From Patescibacteria group bacterium (lineage in GTDB: Bacteria; Patescibacteriota; Minisyncoccia; Phycocordibacterales; Phycocordibacteraceae), in contig JAZKIU010000002.1 of NCBI GenBank assembly GCA_040384705.1, forward strand, positions 1-57,534: a DNA stretch of 57,534 bases, in the 5' to 3' direction. The notes under the pieces are model-generated. The model was not told where the DNA came from, made no database searches, and was given only the letters and a program-made list of their open reading frames with translations. Positions within the stretch are counted from its first letter, which is position 1; every line of letters starts with the position of its first letter. Below are positions 35,997 to 44,562 of the stretch, in pieces. The position numbers were made by a program, and so were the translations under genes.

Positions 35997-37117
35997 ACAC
36001 CCTCCGACACCTGCGGGAAGGGATAACGTACGGTCTGTTCCTGCTTTCCTGCCTCATGCCCCGGGACCAGCGTCTCTGGGCCTGCATCGGCTGGCACATA
36101 GGTGCCGGGACGGAAGTCTTCGCTGACAATACGAAATACCTCTTCCTGCATATCGCGAACAACCGGAAGGACTTGCGTGCCGTATGGCTCGCCAAGGACC
36201 CGGAGCTCGCCAGGATCCTGCGCGCGCGCGGGTATAGCTCCTACTACCAGCACAGCCTTATGGGAGTGTGGTGCGCGCTGCGCGCTGGCACCACCGTCAT
36301 CGACGCGTACCTGCAGCCCGAGAACTATCGATGGTCCGGACGGACCCGTCTCGTGCAATTGCTCCACGGCAAGGGCATGAAGAAGGGCGGGTACGCGCAG
36401 AAGCCGCTGCATGCTCAAGATCGCATCTTCAGCACCTCCCCGTTCGTGAGCTCGATGCTGCCGCAGGTATTCGTCGAGAAGAGCCCTATCGTGGTCGCAG
36501 GATATTCTCGCGGGGACCTGTTCTTCAAGGAAATCCCGGGAAGCGATATCGGCGTGCATGAGCCCACGCGCATGATGCTCGAGGACACGCGCTACGCGAA
36601 ACGCTTCCTGTACGCGCCGACATTCAGGCGAGGAGCGAAGACATTGAATATAGAGACGTTCCTCGACATACCGCACCTCTCTACGTGGCTCTTGGAACGA
36701 AGGTATCTGATGGTCATAAGCTTGCATCCGAAGTACCGGGACCAGGTGCGGAACCTTTCCTACCCGAACATCCACTTCCTCGAGGACTCGGACGTGTACC
36801 CGCTCCTTCCTCTCGTGGATATCCTCATCAATGACTACTCGTCGATATTCACCGACTACCTGCTTCTTGATAGGCCGATCATCTTCTATCCGTACGACCT
36901 TGCGGCATATACCGAGAACGAGGGCCTATCGTTCGAGAGCTATGACGAATACACGCCAGGCCCCAAAGCGTATACCTATCCGGAGCTTATACGGACGCTC
37001 GAAGAGACCGTGGCGCGCGATAGCCATGCAGGCGAACGCGCACGCGTCCGTGACCTATACCACACGTATCAGAATGGAGAGTCGTCCGAGCGCATCATGC
37101 GTGCGCTCGAGCGGTAG
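35993..37117 (+). CDS. TagF/TagB-family CDP-alditol (glycerol/ribitol)-phosphotransferase-like enzyme
   Basis: LYAPTFRRG and the C-terminal ...DYSSIFTDYLLLDRPIIFYPYD... are typical of the Glyphos_transf family. The ATG at 35993 (ATGA overlap, GGAAAGG upstream) is preferred to the GTG at 35978. Confidence 0.82.
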   Translation: MNTLRHLREGITYGLFLLSCLMPRDQRLWACIGWHIGAGTEVFADNTKYLFLHIANNRKDLRAVWLAKDPELARILRARGYSSYYQHSLMGVWCALRAGTTVIDAYLQPENYRWSGRTRLVQLLHGKGMKKGGYAQKPLHAQDRIFSTSPFVSSMLPQVFVEKSPIVVAGYSRGDLFFKEIPGSDIGVHEPTRMMLEDTRYAKRFLYAPTFRRGAKTLNIETFLDIPHLSTWLLERRYLMVISLHPKYRDQVRNLSYPNIHFLEDSDVYPLLPLVDILINDYSSIFTDYLLLDRPIIFYPYDLAAYTENEGLSFESYDEYTPGPKAYTYPELIRTLEETVARDSHAGERARVRDLYHTYQNGESSERIMRALER

Positions 37118-37120
37118 TCC

Positions 37121-38233
37121 TTAGCACGCCACCTCCTCGATCAGGGCCTCGTAGGCACGTGCTGTTTTCTCTATACTGAAATGGCTCGCGCTTTCCCGCG
37201 CGTATGCCCGCATCGAGTCTGGACTCGCACGGACCATCCGCTCGAGCGCGGCTGCAACCCCTTCAGGGGTCTCTTCATCGATGAAGAAGCCATTCCTTCC
37301 CTCTTCTATCATCCGATCGGGTCCTGCGGTTCGCGTTGACACGAGCGGGAGGCCTGCCGCAAGCGCTTCGGCATGGGCCAGGCCGAACCCCTCGATGCTC
37401 GACGTTGATACGAAGAATTCGCTCGCTCCATAGAAACGGAACACGTCCTGCTGGCTGCCGAGGAAGCGGATTCGGTCCTCGAGCTTCTGCTCCTTCGCGA
37501 GCTCCGTAAGCGGCTGGCGCTCTCCCCCATCGCCCACCATAAGGAGGTCGTAGTCGGGATGCGAGTGCGCGAATAGGGAGAATCCTTCAAGGAGGAGGCG
37601 TTGGTTCTTCTGCGGCACGAGACGGCTCACGTTCACGATATAGCGCCGGACCGGGTCGAGCCCGAGCTCTTGCTTGAATTCCTGCGCGCTCCTGTTCGCG
37701 AGCGCGGCTTGTATGCCGCGGACATCTACGCCGTTTTGTATGATCGTGAACTTGTCCGGCTGGATTCCTTCCTGCGCCATAGTGAAGGTTTGTACAGTCG
37801 GAGACACCGCTACTATCCGCTTCGTGCCGTACGACAAGAAACGATCGAGTCGGATTTGCGCCTTCGTCTTGTCCACGTACGTATTGTGCTCAACGATTAT
37901 CGTTGGGTACCGCAGGATGAGCCCGAGCACACGCGTGATGGTATTGCTGAAAAATAGGTTCGAGAGCACGACTTGGGGCCGCTTCTTAACGAGCAGTACC
38001 GCAAGGGCTATCCAGCCTGGGATATCGAAGAATCCTCGAAACGAAAGCCGGTGGACCGGAAGATCGGCAGGAAGCAGATGATACATGTCATTGCGCCCTT
38101 CGAACGTGCGCAGGGTAACGAGGGTGATATCGAAGCGGGTCCGGTCAATGTGGGCCACAAGTCCCGCAAGCAACCGTTGCGCGCCGCCGACCAGGAAGTC
38201 GTTTATGACGATGACTATCCTAGTCCGCTTCAT
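37121..38233 (-). CDS. GT4-family glycosyltransferase
   Basis: MKRTRIVIVINDFLVGGAQR...EGFGLAHAEALAAGLPLVST. The ATG at 38233 lies 5 nt after the upstream stop; the track N-terminal extension overlaps the upstream gene. Confidence 0.85.
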   Translation of the reverse strand: MKRTRIVIVINDFLVGGAQRLLAGLVAHIDRTRFDITLVTLRTFEGRNDMYHLLPADLPVHRLSFRGFFDIPGWIALAVLLVKKRPQVVLSNLFFSNTITRVLGLILRYPTIIVEHNTYVDKTKAQIRLDRFLSYGTKRIVAVSPTVQTFTMAQEGIQPDKFTIIQNGVDVRGIQAALANRSAQEFKQELGLDPVRRYIVNVSRLVPQKNQRLLLEGFSLFAHSHPDYDLLMVGDGGERQPLTELAKEQKLEDRIRFLGSQQDVFRFYGASEFFVSTSSIEGFGLAHAEALAAGLPLVSTRTAGPDRMIEEGRNGFFIDEETPEGVAAALERMVRASPDSMRAYARESASHFSIEKTARAYEALIEEVAC

Positions 38234-38238
38234 GGCCG

Positions 38239-38991
38239 CTATGCACGCATCACGTATACGTAGCTCTCGGTCGCGCGTTCGGTGAGGAACGGGACGACGA
38301 GCGCGCCATGGGACCAGACGGCTATCCTGTGCGCGACATCGAATAATACGCGCATGGGAGCGAAGGCCGCCTTCCATCTGAGCACGGCTGGGTAGGTGTG
38401 CTCGATGGTAAGTCCCGCCTGTCGGGCGAGGCTTTGCATATCGCTGCGGGTGAGCTGATCGCTATGGAGCGTCTGGTTCTGCGAGGACGCGGTCGTGATG
38501 AGCTTCGCGTTCTTCGTGATTATGATGATGCGTCCTCCAGGAGCCAGGAGCGTGCGCATCTTTGCGAGAGCGCCCGGCTTGTCATCGAAATACTCGAAGC
38601 AGCGGATGGCCGCGATGAGATCGTTCTCGCCCGGCGGGTTCGACGCCTGGAAGTCGCTATGCTCGAACGAGATACCTTCCATGCCGGTGAATCGCGCCTG
38701 CGCACGCTTCAGCATCTCCTGCGACTGCTCGACGAGATAAAGGGGCCCGGTGACCTTCGACTTTATGAGCTCGGTCCATACGCCGTCGCCCGGCCCCACT
38801 TCAAGCGCCCGTCCGTAGGTTCGGTTCCCGAGCGCTTCCTCAAGGGCGCGCTTCGTCTGGCGGTACTCGAAGGCCCGCACGGGCGATGAATGCCAGCGGT
38901 CCTGGGTATACGACTCGAGCGGCCCGACCTGGGTGTCGTAATAGCGTTTAGCGTATTCGTTCGTGAGCGGAAGGCCTACTTTCTGTTCCAT
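38239..38991 (-). CDS. Class I SAM-dependent methyltransferase
   Basis: The ALEVGPGDGVWT motif I is present, in a 250-aa protein. Confidence 0.82.
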   Translation of the reverse strand: MEQKVGLPLTNEYAKRYYDTQVGPLESYTQDRWHSSPVRAFEYRQTKRALEEALGNRTYGRALEVGPGDGVWTELIKSKVTGPLYLVEQSQEMLKRAQARFTGMEGISFEHSDFQASNPPGENDLIAAIRCFEYFDDKPGALAKMRTLLAPGGRIIIITKNAKLITTASSQNQTLHSDQLTRSDMQSLARQAGLTIEHTYPAVLRWKAAFAPMRVLFDVAHRIAVWSHGALVVPFLTERATESYVYVMRA

Positions 38992-38998
38992 GCGTCAT

Positions 38999-40045
38999 TC
39001 AGATTAGCATATGCTGCGATTCAAGTTCGGCAGCGAGACGCTCCGCGAGCAGGGGTAGCGCATGCATGGCGGCCGCATCTTTTTGGAATTTCCGTATACC
39101 ATCCTGCTCTCCGTCCGAGGCTTCAAGCATGCTCGTGAGGCGTTCTGCGAGCGATGCCGCGTCGGTGAATGCGGTCCCGCCACCCGCCATGCGTGCGAAG
39201 TCATCGCTTATGGCAAGCACCACGCACCCGGCCGCGATAGCCTCGAAGAGCGTCTTATCGAACATGCCTGACGGGGAGCAGTTCACGAAGATATCGTGCG
39301 CACGGAAGACGGGAGCAGCCTTCTCGTTCGGCACGCCCGGATAGAACCGGACCCTATCGTGGAGGCCGAGCGCTTCCACACGGCCCTCGAGGCTGTCGTG
39401 GTACGCAGCGTCAGCAGGAAGCGAGGAACCGTATATCGAGGCCACGAAGCTTATGCCCTTCCCTATCAAGAGCCCGAGCGCTTCGATGAACATGTCCGGG
39501 CGCTTCGAGGGAGCTATGCGCGACAGGAAAAGGATGGAGCGGGGTGCGCGCGGCGTCGCATCCGCCCCTTCGAACCGAGCGAGGTCCACGCCGACCGGCA
39601 TGAGTACCGTCTTGCGATACCGCGCGGTATACGAGTGCATCGAGGTGCAGAATACCTTCGCGCAGAACGCTGCGGCGATGTCGGTCAGCAATGTTCCGGC
39701 GTAGTGGTTGCGCCACAGGTACATGCGCTTGCCGAGCAGCTTCCACAGCCAGCCGGCGGCGAGCACGTACTCCTGATTCATGTGCACGAATACGGCATCG
39801 TAGTCGCTGCGCAGGCGCCACGCATGCCTGAGGAACCGGACCGCATAGACGAGCGCAGAGCGAATACCGCGCTCTTTCCCGAGCGAGTGCACCCGCACGT
39901 TCGCGGGCAACGCGTGCTCGCCCTCGTACAGGCAGATGACCTCGATCGTCTCGAAACGCTTCGCGAGCTCTATGAGCCAGCCATGGTACGCGCCGAGCGC
40001 CTCGTCATTCCTATCGACGACCTGGGTTACGAACAGCAGCTTCAT
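38999..40045 (-). CDS. GT4-family glycosyltransferase
   Basis: MKLLFVTQVVDRND...SPSGMFDKTLFEAIAAGC. There is an ATGA overlap with the upstream gene. Confidence 0.82.
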   Translation of the reverse strand: MKLLFVTQVVDRNDEALGAYHGWLIELAKRFETIEVICLYEGEHALPANVRVHSLGKERGIRSALVYAVRFLRHAWRLRSDYDAVFVHMNQEYVLAAGWLWKLLGKRMYLWRNHYAGTLLTDIAAAFCAKVFCTSMHSYTARYRKTVLMPVGVDLARFEGADATPRAPRSILFLSRIAPSKRPDMFIEALGLLIGKGISFVASIYGSSLPADAAYHDSLEGRVEALGLHDRVRFYPGVPNEKAAPVFRAHDIFVNCSPSGMFDKTLFEAIAAGCVVLAISDDFARMAGGGTAFTDAASLAERLTSMLEASDGEQDGIRKFQKDAAAMHALPLLAERLAAELESQHMLI

Positions 40046-40494
40046 GGAAGTTCGGACAACGTACGTACGGACGACCACCTCCCATCTTCCTTCGTCCCAT
40101 CACGAAGGATCTGGAACACCTGCACTCCCGGGCACGCGCTGCTCATATTCTCCAGCTGCTCCACCGAGTCATCCACGAAGACCGGGGATGTCCCGTACAT
40201 GCTGATATGGGGAGCGAGGTACTCGCCCTTCGCCTTCCCAGCGGTGTATATGACGGCGATACGCGGGATGCCCGAAAGGGCGTTCTCGATCTTGCTAGCG
40301 CCATATTCCTTGTCCATGGCGGTTATAACCATGGCACTGTTCCCTTTGTCGCGCAGGAAACCGGCAGCGTCGGGGTAGAGGAACTGCGCTAATTCTCCCG
40401 GAGCGAATGGCTGTTCAGCCTCTCTCCCCTTCATATAGGCATCGAACGCAGCCGTATCGAAAAGCGTTCCCGCGAAATCGACGAGGTACATCAT
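40042..40494 (-). CDS. HAD-like hydrolase-fold protein with degenerate motif I
   Basis: YLVDFAGTLFD reads DxAGT instead of DxDxT, and FVDDS is motif IV-like. There are ATGA overlaps at both ends. Confidence 0.55.
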   Translation of the reverse strand: MMYLVDFAGTLFDTAAFDAYMKGREAEQPFAPGELAQFLYPDAAGFLRDKGNSAMVITAMDKEYGASKIENALSGIPRIAVIYTAGKAKGEYLAPHISMYGTSPVFVDDSVEQLENMSSACPGVQVFQILRDGTKEDGRWSSVRTLSELP

Positions 40495-41648
40495 GCCGTC
40501 GTGCCCGCTATCGTGCGGGCGAGATCCTGCGCGACACGTGCCGGTTGATCAGTGGCGCCCGCAAGGTGCGCTAGCGCCTTGCGCTCGGCGTTCATGGTAA
40601 GTATCTTTCGTGACTGCACGTCCTCGATGAGCCCGACGATATGCACGGCAAGCGCGGCCGGGTCGCCCGGCGGCGCCACCAATACGTCCTCATATCCCGT
40701 AAACACCTCCCCGACGATGCCGACATCGGTCGTGATGATAGGCACGCGCGCGAGCGCTGCTTCTATGAGGGTGAGACCATAGCCTTCGTATGCGCTCGCC
40801 TGGATGTACGCCTGCGCGCTTCGCATGAGGGCGAGAGCGTCAGGGCGCCATCCGAGGAATATGACCTTGTCCTCAAGGCCGAGGGCATGCGCACGCTTCT
40901 CAAGCGAATGCCGCGAGCGCCCATCACCGATGATGAAGAGGCCTGCCGAAGGATAGAGTGTGGTGACGCGAGCGAGGGCCGCGAGTATATCCTCGATACG
41001 CTTCTCGGGTTCGAGTCTTCCAACGGTCACGAGCGCGAAGGAGAATGGGTGCGGTGGGAGCGCGACCGGTTCAGGAAGCTCGACGCTCGTTGCGATAGGT
41101 ATGACCGTCACGGGAGCGATGCGGTTCCCGTAGCGTGCGATGAGCGACGCCTCGATACGCTTCGATACCACACGTATGCCATTTGCCTTTGGCAGCACCT
41201 TATTCGCGAGATGTAACCGAACCCTGTTCAAGAACGGCACGGGAACCTTTGGCGAGCGCATCACCCCGCTCCGGGTGAACCAGGGCGAGCAGAAGTCGGT
41301 GTGCACCTGGAGATGGAGCTTCGCTGCCGTCCCCTTCACCGCCTCGGACGCCACCCATCCGTACTCGAACGGGTCTTGGGACGACACGATCTCTATGCCC
41401 GCTTCCATAATGAGCTCCCGCGCCTTCCGCTTGAGCGCGAACAGGCTCGCAAGCTTCCCTCCCCCGACCGCGATAAGGATGAGCCCGCCTTCCTGCACTC
41501 CTTCTGCGTAGGTGCGTACGTCTTTAGAGTGCGCTCGCGACAGCACGTACAGCGTGCCTATCGACGCAGCATACATCTGCATGCGGGCACGCACCGGGCT
41601 CGCAGGATTGAAGAGGTTCGGGTCGTTCGAGATAAAGAGCGCCTTCAT
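40491..41648 (-). CDS. GT4-family glycosyltransferase
   Basis: 385 aa, with ...ASAYEGYGLTLIEAALARVPIITTDVG... Confidence 0.85.
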   Translation of the reverse strand: MKALFISNDPNLFNPASPVRARMQMYAASIGTLYVLSRAHSKDVRTYAEGVQEGGLILIAVGGGKLASLFALKRKARELIMEAGIEIVSSQDPFEYGWVASEAVKGTAAKLHLQVHTDFCSPWFTRSGVMRSPKVPVPFLNRVRLHLANKVLPKANGIRVVSKRIEASLIARYGNRIAPVTVIPIATSVELPEPVALPPHPFSFALVTVGRLEPEKRIEDILAALARVTTLYPSAGLFIIGDGRSRHSLEKRAHALGLEDKVIFLGWRPDALALMRSAQAYIQASAYEGYGLTLIEAALARVPIITTDVGIVGEVFTGYEDVLVAPPGDPAALAVHIVGLIEDVQSRKILTMNAERKALAHLAGATDQPARVAQDLARTIAGTTA

Positions 41649-42736
41649 GCAATTGAGGTGAGGAGGGATTTGGTCGCGATTATCATCGCTTCCATGCTGA
41701 ACCGTGCTGAGGATAGGCGTGCTCCTTCGCTAAGGCGTGCGCGCAGCGGCGCGTCACCGAGCAGACGCATGAGTGCTGCCCGGAGCGCATCGGTGTCCCG
41801 GGATGCTATGAGGAGCCCGTTCTCTTCATGGGTTACGAGTTCCGGGTTCCCTCCCACCGAGGTCGCGATGGACGGGACGCCGAGCGACAATGCCTCGATA
41901 AGCAGATGCGAGAGGCCTTCGTAGGATGAGTTGAGCACGAAGATATCGGCCTCCCGCAGGGTCGCGAGGGTCGCATCGTGCGCAAGCGCTCCAGTGAACA
42001 AGACTTTCCCGGGAGCGAGCTGCGCGGCCCTCTGCTCGATCCGTTCACGCGATGGGCCATCGCCCACGATGATGAGCGATGCGCCATCGATATCCGTAAC
42101 CGCATCGATAACCCCCTCCATATGCTTCCAGGGAACCAAGCGCCCTATGGAAACGATGCGCGGCCGAGGGAGCGCGAGCACGCTAGCTGGCGCGGCTCCC
42201 GTCGTTTCATCGCGCATCGCGTTATAGATGACGGTGATGGCGTCGGCGTCGATTCCTTTCCAGGTCGAGACGATGCGCTTGAGGTACTCGCTCGGGACAA
42301 TGATATGTACCGCTCTTTGGGCGACCCACGACTCCACGTCCTGAAGGAACCTGACCTCGAACGGGAGGCTCCGCGCCGTCACGAATTGGTCGAGCGTGTC
42401 GGTCACGCCGAAGCGTTGGCGTCCTTGTTCCCACGCATAATCCCCTACGACCTTCACGACCAGCGGCTTCCTGAGGATGCCTGCCGCAAGCGCCGCAGGA
42501 AGGCCCACCGACACGGGATCGAGCGCGAGAATGACATCAGCGTTCTTCCCGCTCCTGAGGAGCATGAAGAAGTAGAGGATATGGCGTATGCCGCTTGGAT
42601 AGCGCCGCACGTGACCGAATTTCGCCACGATGACTTCTACACCCACCTCAGGCAAGGCTTGCTCAAGGGAGCGGGCATAGGTCGCAGGCCCGCCGGGATC
42701 CGGCGGATAGAGAGGGGCCGCGATAAGAACGCGCAT
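41645..42736 (-). CDS. GT4-family glycosyltransferase
   Basis: MRVLIAAPLYPPDPGGPATY...SSYEGLSHLLIEALSLGVPSIAT. The ATG at 42736 has TACAAT 6 nt upstream. Confidence 0.85.
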   Translation of the reverse strand: MRVLIAAPLYPPDPGGPATYARSLEQALPEVGVEVIVAKFGHVRRYPSGIRHILYFFMLLRSGKNADVILALDPVSVGLPAALAAGILRKPLVVKVVGDYAWEQGRQRFGVTDTLDQFVTARSLPFEVRFLQDVESWVAQRAVHIIVPSEYLKRIVSTWKGIDADAITVIYNAMRDETTGAAPASVLALPRPRIVSIGRLVPWKHMEGVIDAVTDIDGASLIIVGDGPSRERIEQRAAQLAPGKVLFTGALAHDATLATLREADIFVLNSSYEGLSHLLIEALSLGVPSIATSVGGNPELVTHEENGLLIASRDTDALRAALMRLLGDAPLRARLSEGARLSSARFSMEAMIIATKSLLTSIA

Positions 42737-42742
42737 ACGTAT

Positions 42743-42748
42743 ATTGTA
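42743..42748 (-). promoter_or_regulatory. -10 box TACAAT, 6 nt upstream of the ATG at 42736 (leaderless-type)
   Basis: The minus strand reads GGATACAATATACGT-ATG. Confidence 0.5.
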
Positions 42749-42821
42749 TCCGGTTCGTGACTGCCCGTCGAAAGAGGCCTGTACGCTCCTGGTTCCATGA
42801 CCTAGAATGCAGTTGACCACC

Positions 42822-43814
42822 ATGGACACGCGGATACATATCACAGGCGGCTGCGGCTACGTCGGGAGCCGCGTGGCGGCAGCGCTCGCCCGGAAGGGAT
42901 ATGCGCTCACCATCATCGATAAGGCGACCCCGCAAGAACGCGGCGTCATCCTTCCGGAGAAGGCGGAGTACCGCAAGGCCGACCTCACCGATCCTGCGCA
43001 GGCGCGCGAATCCCTTAAGGACGCGGAATACGTTCTCCACTTTGCCTCGAACATCGGGCCCCTCAACTACATGTGGGAGCGGCAAGGAGAGATCCTCTGG
43101 GAAAATACCGCGATAGATGCGGCAGTATATCCCGCCCTGCGGGACGCCGGCACGAAACTCATCGTCTACTCCGGAAGCTCGATGGCTTTCCAGCACGCGC
43201 GCCGCTACCCGTATACGGAAACCGATCTGAAGGACACGCCCACTACCACGAATGTGTACGGCTTCTCGAAGCTCGCCGGGGAATACTTCTGCCGCGCATT
43301 CCGCCAGCAGTACGGGAACCCGCGGTTCGTCATCATGCGGTTCCATAACATCTATGGGCCGGGCGAGGACTCCAAGGGAAGCACCCCGGGCGATATCCAT
43401 GTCATCCCTGCCCTGCTCGAGAAGGTGCTGCGCGGGCAGTACCCGCTCGAATTCATCGGCAACCCCGAGAAGCAGACGCGCCCGTTCACGTATGTCGACG
43501 ATGCTATCGATATCGTCGTGGCGCTCCTCGAGGGGGCGCTCAAAGGAAATGAGGCGGTACTGGATCAGGACTTCAACGTTGCGTCCTCACCGGACGCGAC
43601 GAACATCCTCGCCCTGGGCGAGCTCATATGGAAACTATTTGGCGACGATAGAGAGTTCAAATGGACGGCTGAAGAGACCGATGCGTCGAGAACGACCGCG
43701 GAACGCCGTGAAGTGGATATAGCAAAGCTTCGGTCGGTCATCGATATCGCTCCTGGAGTCTCTCTCGAAGAAGGGATACGACGCACGGCCGAGTGGGTGA
43801 AAACAAAGCTCTAA
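42822..43814 (+). CDS. NAD-dependent nucleotide-sugar epimerase/dehydratase (extended SDR)
   Basis: MDTRIHITGGCGYVGSRV...YGFSKLAGE has the YxxxK motif. An ATG at 42807 is also open, but it overlaps a TAGAAT -10 box (42803..42808). Confidence 0.85.
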   Translation: MDTRIHITGGCGYVGSRVAAALARKGYALTIIDKATPQERGVILPEKAEYRKADLTDPAQARESLKDAEYVLHFASNIGPLNYMWERQGEILWENTAIDAAVYPALRDAGTKLIVYSGSSMAFQHARRYPYTETDLKDTPTTTNVYGFSKLAGEYFCRAFRQQYGNPRFVIMRFHNIYGPGEDSKGSTPGDIHVIPALLEKVLRGQYPLEFIGNPEKQTRPFTYVDDAIDIVVALLEGALKGNEAVLDQDFNVASSPDATNILALGELIWKLFGDDREFKWTAEETDASRTTAERREVDIAKLRSVIDIAPGVSLEEGIRRTAEWVKTKL

Positions 43815-43830
43815 GAAGTACACGTGGAAA

Positions 43831-43854
43831 GCCGCCGGCATTTCTGCCGGCGGC
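43831..43854. terminator. Bidirectional terminator hairpin between convergent genes
   Basis: GCCGCCGGCA-tttc-TGCCGGCGGC, flanked by A-rich sequence on the left and T-rich sequence on the right. Confidence 0.8.
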
Positions 43855-43879
43855 CTTTGCTTTGTAGTTGAGCGTGCGA

Positions 43880-44473
43880 TTAGGGCATCGCCGCAAGCGC
43901 GAGATGCGCGACCCGGAACGGGTACCAGTGCTGTTCGTGCTCCGGGATGCGGTTCAGGTCATCGGCCGTGAAGAGGCCCACGGAGTCGTGCTCCGCATTC
44001 ATGCCCATCTTCGCGTCGATCACCTCGACAGGAACGTGCGCCGCGTAGCAGGGTTGCGTCGTGGACTGGATCAAGTCGGCCGCCGAGGTGCGATACACCC
44101 CAATGAGCGCTTCCGGATGCACGGGAACCCCGCATTCCTTCTCCGCCCGTCGGGCGATGAACTCGATGAGGGAGCCGTAGGCGGAGATGGAGCCGCCGTA
44201 GATCCACCAGAGGCCGCCGAACGCTTCCGTGCCTTTCCGCTTGGAGAGAAGCACGGCGGGCGTCCCGTCAGCGAGCCTGGTCACGATGACGATGTCGACG
44301 CAGGCGAGGTCCTTGGCCGCCTTGACGGCCAGGAGCATGTTCACGTCTTCGACGAAACTGGTGACGCCATCGGGGATAGCGACTGGCGCAGCCACGGCGA
44401 CGAACGAGTGGTGCCGGAGCTTCCAATCTTCAGCAAGATTCGGATTCTCGGTAATGATTCCATCGGTCCCCAT
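43880..44473 (-). CDS. NUDIX-fold protein with degenerate Nudix box
   Basis: GGSISAYGSLIEFIARRAEKECGV only partly matches GX5EX7REUXEEXGU. Confidence 0.55.
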   Translation of the reverse strand: MGTDGIITENPNLAEDWKLRHHSFVAVAAPVAIPDGVTSFVEDVNMLLAVKAAKDLACVDIVIVTRLADGTPAVLLSKRKGTEAFGGLWWIYGGSISAYGSLIEFIARRAEKECGVPVHPEALIGVYRTSAADLIQSTTQPCYAAHVPVEVIDAKMGMNAEHDSVGLFTADDLNRIPEHEQHWYPFRVAHLALAAMP

Positions 44474-44533
44474 TTCATGGGCCTTTCTGCTAGCCGTTAG
44501 AGCGATCCGGTCAGGAGACCGGCTTCCGTGTAT

Positions 44534-44562
44534 ATTTTAGCCACATAATATGTATATGTCAA
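44534..44562 (-). promoter_or_regulatory. Sigma70-type promoter TTGACA-N17-TAAAAT (minus strand)
   Basis: The reverse complement reads TTGACA (44562..44557), a 17-nt spacer, then TAAAAT (44539..44534). The -35 box overlaps the stop codon of 44559..45530. Confidence 0.65.
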
